NCBI GenBank assembly: GCA_041640455.1
Contig: JBEQAF010000038.1
Coordinates: 9,066 to 19,541 of the forward strand
Reading direction: 5' to 3'
Length of the DNA: 10,476 nucleotides
From: a bacterium
Lineage (GTDB): Bacteria; CALINM01
Shown here piece after piece: positions 1 to 6,856 of this stretch. A program made the translations under genes and the position numbers. The notes under the pieces were generated by a model. The model saw only the letters and a list, made by a program, of their open reading frames with translations. It was not told where the DNA came from and did no database searches. Every line of letters starts with the position of its first letter. Positions within the stretch are counted from its first letter, which is position 1.

Positions 1-1
1 G

Positions 2-544
2 GGACAGGGAGTTCTACTAACCAGCAAAGTTATTGCAGAAACAGCTTTAACACTAAACTATGACGTTAAGCAAAGCGAGGTACACGGTATGGCTCAAAGA
101 GGTGGAAGCGTGGTTAGCTTCGTAAGGTTTGGACAGAAGGTTTATTCACCCATAGTGAGCGAAGGAGAGTGTGACCTTCTTATAGGCTTTGAGCCCCTCG
201 AAACAGCAAGATATATACACCTTCTTAAAGACAGTGGTACAGTTTTATTCAATAACTACAAAATAAGCAGTATAACCGTATCAATCGGCATGGAAAAATA
301 TACAGAAAATATTGAGGAAATTATTAAGCAATATGCCCGAAACTATTATGCCTTTGACGGCACAAAGCTGGCTGTTGAGGCAGGAGACAAAAGAGCCCTT
401 AACATAGTACTACTGGGAGCGGCAATGAGATTTCTCCCCTTTGAGAAAAATGTTGTTTTAGAAACCATAAAACAGAATGTTAAAAAAAATCTACTGGATA
501 CAAACTTAAAAGCCTTTGAGAAAGGATTATCATACACTTTCTAA
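2..544 (+). CDS. iorB: Indolepyruvate:ferredoxin oxidoreductase subunit beta (5'-truncated by window edge)
   Basis: The frame is open from nt 2 and reads GQGVLLTSKVIAETALTLNYDVKQSEVHGMAQRGGSVVSFVRFG. GQG, EVHGMAQRGGSV, DLLIGFEPLE, NIVLLGA and NLKAFEKG are typical IorB/POR-gamma family motifs. The ORF-track start at 89 is an internal Met. Confidence 0.92.
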   Translation, partial: GQGVLLTSKVIAETALTLNYDVKQSEVHGMAQRGGSVVSFVRFGQKVYSPIVSEGECDLLIGFEPLETARYIHLLKDSGTVLFNNYKISSITVSIGMEKYTENIEEIIKQYARNYYAFDGTKLAVEAGDKRALNIVLLGAAMRFLPFEKNVVLETIKQNVKKNLLDTNLKAFEKGLSYTF

Positions 545-565
545 AATAAAAAACTTTTTTATTTT
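543..565. repeat. Perfect AT-rich inverted repeat AAAATAAAAAA-C-TTTTTTATTTT (weak terminator or operator candidate)
   Basis: 11-nt arms at 543-553 and 555-565 surround C554, overlap the iorB stop and are followed by more Ts. The function is not established. Confidence 0.4.
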
Positions 566-580
566 TTTCGGGGGATGTTT

Positions 581-586
581 TATAAT
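581..586 (+). promoter_or_regulatory. Candidate sigma70 -10 element for the ABC transporter operon
   Basis: A perfect TATAAT lies 31 nt upstream of the ATG at 618 in a 73-bp intergenic region. There is no convincing -35 box (TTTATT at 17-bp spacing). Confidence 0.35.
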
Positions 587-604
587 TTTAGTTATCAAAT
601 AAAA

Positions 605-610
605 AGGAGG
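605..610 (+). promoter_or_regulatory. Shine-Dalgarno site of the substrate-binding protein gene
   Basis: AGGAGG lies 7 nt before ATG 618. Confidence 0.8.
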
Positions 611-617
611 GAGATTT

Positions 618-1775
618 ATGAAGGAAGGTAAAGTATTTAAGCTGTTTCTAACTTTAGCTCTATCGCTTTCTCTGTTCGCGGGAAAGGTTATAGCTAAGGA
701 ACCTTACAAGATCGGTGCAATCTTTTCTGTAACTGGAGCAGCATCATTTCTTGGAGAACCTGAGAAAAACACGGCAATAATGCTTATGGACCAGATTAAT
801 AAGGCAGGTGGAATTAACGGACATCCGCTGGAGATTATTATTGAGGATTCAAAAAGTCAGGAATCAGATGCAGTTTTAGCGGCAAAAAAGCTTCTGGAAA
901 AGGATAATGTATTAGCGATTGTAGGTCCTTCAACTACAGGTGAATCTATGGCGCTTGTACCAATAATGAATTCAGCCAAAACAACCCTCGTATCCTGTGC
1001 AGCCGGCTATGGTATTACAAACCCTGTAGAAGAAAGATACTGGATTTTCAAAACCCCCCAGTATGATCTCAGTGCGGTTCAGGCAATTTATAATCACATG
1101 AAGAAAAAAGGCATCAAAAAAGTAGGAATCATTACCATATCAACCGGCTTTGGAGATGCTGGGAGAAAGGCTCTGCTTGATGAAGCCCCAAAATTTGGCA
1201 TTACTATAGTAGCAGACGAAAGGTACGGTCCAAAAGACAGTGATATGACTACTCAGCTTACAAAAATCAAAGCTACTGGAGCCGAAGCTGTTATTAACTG
1301 GTCTGTAGGTCCAGGACAGGTGGTTGTTACAAAAAACTGGCATGACCTGAAACTTGGCATTCCTCTATATCAGAGTCATGGCTGGGGTAGCAAGAAAAAT
1401 ATTGAACTTGCAGGAAAAGCAGCGGAGGGTGTTATTGCACCACTTGGAAGGCTGGTAGTATGGGATAAGCTCCCAGATAATCATCCGCAGAAGGCTCTTC
1501 TGAAAAAATATGAGACCGATTATAAGGAACGTTTTAAATCAGAGCCCGGTACATTTGGTGGACATGCTTACGACGCTGTAATGATGGTGGTCGAGGCGCT
1601 TAAGAAGGTTGGTCCTGACAAGGCTAAAATAAGAGACTATATTGAAAACAATATTAAAAACTGGCCAGGAACAGGTGGAATCTTTAATATGTCGCCTAAG
1701 GATCACTGCGGACTTGATATGACAGCCTTTGAGATGGTTGTAGTTAAAAATGGAGATTGGGAGATTCTAAAATAA
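618..1775 (+). CDS. HAAT/Liv-family ABC transporter periplasmic substrate-binding protein (LivJ/LivK fold, RPA1789-like subgroup suspected)
   Basis: 385 aa with a Sec-type signal peptide (basic N-terminus, hydrophobic core, VIA|KE) and no lipobox. Motifs KIGAIFSVTG, INKAGGINGHPLE, IVGPSTTG, HAYDA and GTGGIFNMS fit a type I periplasmic binding protein. It sits upstream of livHMGF-like genes. Confidence 0.9.
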   Translation: MKEGKVFKLFLTLALSLSLFAGKVIAKEPYKIGAIFSVTGAASFLGEPEKNTAIMLMDQINKAGGINGHPLEIIIEDSKSQESDAVLAAKKLLEKDNVLAIVGPSTTGESMALVPIMNSAKTTLVSCAAGYGITNPVEERYWIFKTPQYDLSAVQAIYNHMKKKGIKKVGIITISTGFGDAGRKALLDEAPKFGITIVADERYGPKDSDMTTQLTKIKATGAEAVINWSVGPGQVVVTKNWHDLKLGIPLYQSHGWGSKKNIELAGKAAEGVIAPLGRLVVWDKLPDNHPQKALLKKYETDYKERFKSEPGTFGGHAYDAVMMVVEALKKVGPDKAKIRDYIENNIKNWPGTGGIFNMSPKDHCGLDMTAFEMVVVKNGDWEILK

Positions 1776-1786
1776 ATTTAAATTCT

Positions 1787-1807
1787 GCAGGGGGTCAATC
1801 CCCCTGC
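1787..1807 (+). other. GC-rich intercistronic stem-loop after the binding-protein gene
   Basis: GCAGGGGG-TCAAT-CCCCCTGC forms a perfect 8-bp stem with a 5-nt loop and no U-tract, 12 nt after stop 1775. Confidence 0.7.
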
Positions 1808-1828
1808 CAGATTCTCAGGAGATAAATA

Positions 1829-2716
1829 ATGTTAACGGTTTTACTTCAGTTTTTATTATCAGGTATAACTGTGGGATCCATATACGCATTAGTTGGACTG
1901 GGGTTCAATATAATATATAACGCCACTTCCATAATTAATCTTGCCCAGGGTGAGTTTGTGGTAATGGGTGGGCTTATAATGTGGTTCTTTTCCCAGTCAA
2001 TGCAGATCCCCTTTTTCCTCTCTATAGTTCTTACCATTCTTGTTGTGGGACTTATAGGTCTTATAATGGAACGATTAACTATTAATCCTCTTAAAAATTC
2101 TGACCTTCTACTTATGATAATGATTACTGTTGCCGTATCAATAGTCTTTAGAGGGCTTTTGATGTATAAATTCGGCAAGGACCCCTATAATTATCCACCT
2201 TTCTCAGAAGGAGAGCCCTTTATTATATTTGGTGCTGTAATTCAGCAACAGGTTTTATGGGTACTTTTTATTGCACTTAGCTGTATTGGACTTATCTTCT
2301 TTTTCTTCAACAGAACCATGATCGGAAAAGCTATGAGCGCATGCGCTGTTAATCCCACAGCCGCAAAGCTCGTTGGAATAAATGTGAGCAGGATGATTAT
2401 GCTATCGTTTTTTTTAAGTGCTATCCTCGGTGCTATTGGTGGAATTGCCATCACTCCCATATCCCTGATGGAATATGATAAAGGACCTGCTTTAGCGGTA
2501 AAGGGGTTCTGTGCAGCCATTATGGGCGGACTCGGGAACGGCATGGGGGCAGTATTAGGAGGATTTATAATTGGTGTTCTGGAAACCCTAACTGCCGGTT
2601 ACATACATTCGGGGTTCAAAGATGCCGTTGCGCTTGTGATATTACTAACCATATTGTTTTTTAAGCCGGCAGGGCTTTTTGGTAATAAATCAACTCTTAC
2701 TGTCAGGAAATTCTAA
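1829..2716 (+). CDS. livH: HAAT ABC transporter permease, LivH-like
   Basis: 295 aa and highly hydrophobic. Motifs GSIYALVGLGFNIIY, INLAQGEF, RTMIGKAMSA...AAKLVGIN, KGFCAAIMGGLG and KPAGLFG. An AGGAG RBS lies upstream. Confidence 0.9.
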   Translation: MLTVLLQFLLSGITVGSIYALVGLGFNIIYNATSIINLAQGEFVVMGGLIMWFFSQSMQIPFFLSIVLTILVVGLIGLIMERLTINPLKNSDLLLMIMITVAVSIVFRGLLMYKFGKDPYNYPPFSEGEPFIIFGAVIQQQVLWVLFIALSCIGLIFFFFNRTMIGKAMSACAVNPTAAKLVGINVSRMIMLSFFLSAILGAIGGIAITPISLMEYDKGPALAVKGFCAAIMGGLGNGMGAVLGGFIIGVLETLTAGYIHSGFKDAVALVILLTILFFKPAGLFGNKSTLTVRKF

Positions 2717-3645
2717 TGGTAAAGAAACATCTGCTTGCTTATATTGTTTTTATTCTTATAATTATCTTTTTTCCATTCTTTGTGAAAAGCAGCTATACGC
2801 TTTCCATAGCCATATTTGCCGGGATTAATGCGCTCATTGCGATGGGGCTCTCCCTTCTTATGGGTTATGCTGGACAGGTTTCTTTGGGGCAGGCTGGATT
2901 TTACGGCATAGGTGCCTATGTATCAGCCATATTAAGCCTAAAGTTTGGCATCCCTCCAGTCTTAAGTGCGCTGATTGCTGCCCTGGTAGCATCTGTTGCA
3001 GCTATTATTCTTGCCATACCTGCATTAAAACTTAAAGGTCACTATCTGGCAGTAGCTACTTTAGGCTTTGGAGAGATTATTTATGTCATATTAAATGAGC
3101 TTGGTCCCGGTGGTCCATCAGGATTTGGAGATATACCCCATATCTCCCTGCTTGGCTATAAGTTTATATCAGCCACAGACCATTTCTACCTCATATGGAT
3201 CATAGTGTTTTTGCTGATTATATTTTCATTTAATATTATTGACTCCCGTATTGGAAGAGCTATGAGAGCTATCCACGACAGCGAAACTGGCAGTAGCTCT
3301 ATGGGTGTAGATGTTCCACTTCTAAAAACAAAGGTCTTTGTTCTCAGCGCTGTTTATGCTTCCATTGCAGGTAGCTTTTATGCCCATTATGTAACCTTTA
3401 TAAGTCCCAGTACCTTTTCTCTTTTTCACTCAGTCCTTATACTTACAATGGTGGTCATAGGAGGAGCTTCCAGCCTGTGGGGCGCAGTAGTGGGAGCTAT
3501 AATAATCACAGCTCTGCCTGAAGCTTTAAGGAAATTTGAAGAGCTTGATGTGCTGATTTATGGACTTATTCTTACACTATCCTTATTGTTTTTGAGAAAG
3601 GGTATTGTGCCAACTTTTATAGATAAGATTAAAGGAAAAAGATAG
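2716..3645 (+). CDS. livM: HAAT ABC transporter permease, LivM-like
   Basis: 309 aa and hydrophobic. Motifs GYAGQVSLGQAGFYGIGAY, LKGHYLAVATLGFGEI, SRIGRAMRAI and MVVIGG. Its start overlaps the previous stop (TAATG). Confidence 0.9.
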   Translation: MVKKHLLAYIVFILIIIFFPFFVKSSYTLSIAIFAGINALIAMGLSLLMGYAGQVSLGQAGFYGIGAYVSAILSLKFGIPPVLSALIAALVASVAAIILAIPALKLKGHYLAVATLGFGEIIYVILNELGPGGPSGFGDIPHISLLGYKFISATDHFYLIWIIVFLLIIFSFNIIDSRIGRAMRAIHDSETGSSSMGVDVPLLKTKVFVLSAVYASIAGSFYAHYVTFISPSTFSLFHSVLILTMVVIGGASSLWGAVVGAIIITALPEALRKFEELDVLIYGLILTLSLLFLRKGIVPTFIDKIKGKR

Positions 3646-3654
3646 AGGATAAAA

Positions 3655-4419
3655 ATGTTAAAAATAGATGGAGTCTGGAAAACCTTTGGTGGAATCACTG
3701 CCCTTATGGACGTTAGCTTTCAGGTTAAAAAGGGGGAAATAAAGGCTTTGATAGGTCCCAATGGGGCGGGGAAAACTACCCTGTTTAATGTTATTAGTGG
3801 TGTCTATAAACCCGATAGAGGCGCCATTACCTTTGAAGAGAAAACCATCTCCAATCTTAATCCTGTAAAAATTGCTCATTTAGGCATATCAAGAACCTTT
3901 CAGAATGTGGAGCTTTTTGGCAGAATGACAGTTCTTGAAAATGTTATGGTGGGAAGACATATAAAGTCAAAGGCAGGTTTTTTCAGCAGCGGGTTAAGAC
4001 TTCCAGGTATGATAAATGAAGATCGGGAGATAAGGAGATTAAGCGAAGAAATTCTTGAATATGTGGGGTTAAAAGACAAAAAAGATTATCTTGCTGGTGA
4101 TATGCCCATAGGCTCTCAAAGGATTCTTGAGATAGCTCGTGCGTTGGCTACAGAGCCCAAAATGCTTCTGCTTGATGAGCCTGCATCGGGGTTAAACGAT
4201 GCAGAAACCAGAGATCTTTCTCTTTTTATTAAAAAGCTAAGAGATGAGAAAGATATAACTGTTCTTCTGGTGGAGCATGACATGGGGCTTGTTATGGATA
4301 TCTCTGACAACATTGTGGTTCTTAATTTTGGAGAGAAGATTGCAGAGGGCACACCCAATGAGATAAGAAATAACAAACATGTAATAGATGCCTATCTTGG
4401 TGAGGAGGACCTCTTTTAA
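3655..4419 (+). CDS. livG: HAAT ABC transporter ATP-binding protein, LivG-like
   Basis: Walker A GPNGAGKTT, Q-loop RTFQ, Walker B LLLDEPASG, H-loop VEHD and C-terminal VIDAYLG. Confidence 0.92.
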   Translation: MLKIDGVWKTFGGITALMDVSFQVKKGEIKALIGPNGAGKTTLFNVISGVYKPDRGAITFEEKTISNLNPVKIAHLGISRTFQNVELFGRMTVLENVMVGRHIKSKAGFFSSGLRLPGMINEDREIRRLSEEILEYVGLKDKKDYLAGDMPIGSQRILEIARALATEPKMLLLDEPASGLNDAETRDLSLFIKKLRDEKDITVLLVEHDMGLVMDISDNIVVLNFGEKIAEGTPNEIRNNKHVIDAYLGEEDLF

Positions 4420-5132
4420 TGCTTGATGTGAAAAATATAAATGTCTTTTACGGAGGCATTCATGCCCTGAAGGATCTCAGTATAAATCTCAAAGAAAAAC
4501 ACATTGTCAGTATTATTGGGGCAAATGGCGCAGGGAAATCTACCCTGCTTAAGGCTTTAATGGGATTAGTTCCGATAAAATCAGGTGAAATATATTTTAA
4601 AAACGAGCGGATTGATAAAAAAAGTACTCAGGAAATTGTAAAATTGGGGGTAAGCCTTGTCCCCGAAGGCAGAATGCTTTTTACCCATCTTTCTGTAAAA
4701 GATAATTTACTCCTGGGTGCATATAACTATTATAAAAATGTCACCAAAAAAACTCTTGAGAATAAGCTTGCTGAGATCTACGAACTTTTTCCTATTCTTA
4801 ATGAGAGAAAGAAGCAGATAGCGGGCACATTAAGCGGTGGACAGCAGCAGATGCTTGCTATAGGTAGAGCGCTTATGACAGATCCTCAGCTACTTATTCT
4901 TGATGAGCCATCCATGGGGCTTGCGCCGCTGGTTATAAAAGAGATATTTAAGGTAGTTAGATATTTGAACGAAAACGGGATGACTATCCTTATGGTTGAA
5001 CAGAATGCAAGAGCTGCGCTCAAGCTGGCTCACTACGCCTTCGTTCTGGAGGTGGGAGAGGTGGTGGTATGGGGAAAGGCGGAAGAGCTATTAAACGATG
5101 AAAAAATTAAGTCCGCATATCTTGGCGGATAA
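4419..5132 (+). CDS. livF: HAAT ABC transporter ATP-binding protein, LivF-like
   Basis: Walker A GANGAGKST, VPEGR, signature AGTLSGGQQQMLA, Walker B LILDEPSMGL, VEQN and AYLG. TAATG overlap with livG. Confidence 0.92.
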   Translation: MLDVKNINVFYGGIHALKDLSINLKEKHIVSIIGANGAGKSTLLKALMGLVPIKSGEIYFKNERIDKKSTQEIVKLGVSLVPEGRMLFTHLSVKDNLLLGAYNYYKNVTKKTLENKLAEIYELFPILNERKKQIAGTLSGGQQQMLAIGRALMTDPQLLILDEPSMGLAPLVIKEIFKVVRYLNENGMTILMVEQNARAALKLAHYAFVLEVGEVVVWGKAEELLNDEKIKSAYLGG

Positions 5133-5152
5133 AAACTTTTTGGAGGCTATTT

Positions 5153-6325
5153 ATGGGAAGATATAAGGGCGTAGATTTTCTAAACTTTGAAAACCTGCTT
5201 ACAAAAGAAGAACGCATGCTGAGAGAAGCCGTTAGGAAGTTTGTGGAGGATGAGATAATCCCCATCATTGCAGAGCATCACAGAAACTGTACATTTCCAA
5301 AGGAGCTTGTCCCCATGTTTGGCGAGATGGGACTTCTTGGAATGCATCTTGAGGGATACGGCTGTCCTGGCGGCTCATCGGTTGAATACGGGCTTGCTAT
5401 GGAAGAGCTGGAAAGAGGCGATAGCGCTATTAGAAGCTTCTGCTCTGTGCAGGGTAGCCTCTGCATGTTTCCTATCTGGAAATACGGTTCAGAAGAGCAG
5501 AAAAATAAATATCTTCCCAAAATGGCAAAAGGTGAGCTGATTGGCTGTTTTGGACTTACAGAGCCTGATTCAGGATCAGACCCTGGAAGCTTAAAAACAA
5601 AAGCCGTAAGAGATGGTAACCATTACATTATTAATGGTGCCAAGATGTGGATTACCAATGGTACTATCGCTGACCTTGCCATAGTCTGGGCAAAAACTGA
5701 AGATGGAACAATTAAGGGCTTTATTGTTGAAAAAGGGACACCAGGCTTTGAGGCACCAGAGATGCATGGTAAATTTTCTCTCAGAGCATCGGTAACCTCT
5801 GAGCTCATATTCACTGACTGCCGTATCCCAGCAGACAACATACTTCCCTCCTCTGGCGGATTAAAATCTCCGCTTAGTTGCCTGACTGAGGCAAGATACG
5901 GTATAGCATGGGGCGCCATCGGTGCGGCAAAGGCTTGTTATGATGCGGCTCTCAACTACTCAAAAGAGCGAATTCAGTTTGGAAAACCTATAGGCTCCTT
6001 TCAGCTGGTACAGCATAAACTGGTAAATATGCTTACCGAGATCGCCAAGGGAGAGCTTCTTGCTCTTCAGGTGGGAAGAGAAAAGGATAAAGGCAGTTAT
6101 AACTATGCTATGGTCTCTATGGCAAAGATGAACAATGTAAAGGTAGCGAGAGATTGTGCAAAGATTTCGAGAGAGATCCATGGAGCCAACGGCATATCGG
6201 ATGAGTATGTGCCCATCAGACACATGCTCAATATTGAGTCTGTCTATACCTACGAAGGCACCCACGATATTCACGAGCTTATAATAGGCAGATTTATCAC
6301 AGGACTTGATGCCTTTGGAGGCTAA
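5153..6325 (+). CDS. gcdH: Acyl-CoA dehydrogenase, glutaryl-CoA dehydrogenase-like
   Basis: 390 aa. Motifs ELERGDSAIRSFCSVQ, GCFGLTEPDSGSD, KMWITNG, RIQFGKPI and catalytic TYEGT. ARYGIAWG and TYEGTHDIH are characteristic of the GCDH subfamily. GGAGG RBS at 5142-5146. Family assignment is confident, but the exact substrate is less certain. Confidence 0.8.
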   Translation: MGRYKGVDFLNFENLLTKEERMLREAVRKFVEDEIIPIIAEHHRNCTFPKELVPMFGEMGLLGMHLEGYGCPGGSSVEYGLAMEELERGDSAIRSFCSVQGSLCMFPIWKYGSEEQKNKYLPKMAKGELIGCFGLTEPDSGSDPGSLKTKAVRDGNHYIINGAKMWITNGTIADLAIVWAKTEDGTIKGFIVEKGTPGFEAPEMHGKFSLRASVTSELIFTDCRIPADNILPSSGGLKSPLSCLTEARYGIAWGAIGAAKACYDAALNYSKERIQFGKPIGSFQLVQHKLVNMLTEIAKGELLALQVGREKDKGSYNYAMVSMAKMNNVKVARDCAKISREIHGANGISDEYVPIRHMLNIESVYTYEGTHDIHELIIGRFITGLDAFGG

Positions 6326-6327
6326 AA

Positions 6328-6358
6328 GGATATAGAGGGATATAAAACCTCTATATTC
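6328..6358. terminator. Putative bidirectional intrinsic terminator between convergent gcdH-like and ilvN genes
   Basis: ATATAGAGG (6330-6338) pairs with CCTCTATAT (6348-6356) in a perfect 9-bp stem with a 9-nt loop, extendable by G-U and G-C on the + strand. T-rich tails occur on both strands (AATATTTTT on +, CCTTTT on -). Confidence 0.65.
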
Positions 6359-6365
6359 AATATTT

Positions 6366-6848
6366 TTACTTCTTTTCCTCTCTTAAAATGGCTATGGGAC
6401 CTGATCTGACCAGCTCTTTAATACCGAGCGGTCTTAGCAGGTTTACTATAGCCTCTATCTTTTTTTCATCTCCCGTAACCTCAATGGTATAGGTGGTGGG
6501 AGAGGAATCCACTATTTTTGCTCTGAAAATATTGGTAATTCTCAAAGCCTCTTCTCTATCCTGCCCTTTTGCAGAAACCTTAATCAGGGCAACCTCTCTC
6601 AGAATATAGTCCTGATCACTAAAATCGCTGACCTTTATCACATCAATGGTTTTGTTTAGCTGTTTTGTAATCTGTTCTATCACCCTGTCGTCTCCAGAGG
6701 TAATGATGGTCATTTGTGATACAGAAGGATCCAGTGTTGGAGCGATTGATATGGATTCAATATTAAACCCTCTGCCGCTAAATAGCCCCGCAACTCTTGA
6801 CAAAACCCCAAATTTATTTTCTACAAGTAGAGATAAAATATGAGTCAT
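6366..6848 (-). CDS. ilvN: Acetolactate synthase small (regulatory, ACT domain) subunit
   Basis: 160 aa. Motifs LVENKFGVLSRVAGLFSGRGFNIES, IEQITKQLNK, REVALIKV and GIKELVRSG. Its AGGAG RBS overlaps the ilvB stop. Confidence 0.95.
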   Translation of the reverse strand: MTHILSLLVENKFGVLSRVAGLFSGRGFNIESISIAPTLDPSVSQMTIITSGDDRVIEQITKQLNKTIDVIKVSDFSDQDYILREVALIKVSAKGQDREEALRITNIFRAKIVDSSPTTYTIEVTGDEKKIEAIVNLLRPLGIKELVRSGPIAILREEKK

Positions 6849-6856
6849 AGCCGCTC

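Noticed and set aside
89..544. ORF-track start for a 151-aa protein
   Set aside because: The Met lies inside the conserved HGMAQRGG motif and the frame is open back to nt 2, so the real start is outside the window.
3655..4419. Degenerate ABC signature in the LivG-like ATPase (MPIGSQR instead of LSGGQ)
   Set aside because: A divergent signature is normal for the LivG subfamily and does not indicate inactivation.
346..6274. Short antisense or alternate-frame ORFs inside the + strand operon (346-537, 1140-1343, 1846-2178, 2242-2544, 3658-3879, 4116-4376, 5268-5540, 5278-5520, 5623-5919, 5960-6274)
   Set aside because: All are fully nested in well-supported genes and show no recognisable motifs. 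They are best explained as shadow ORFs.
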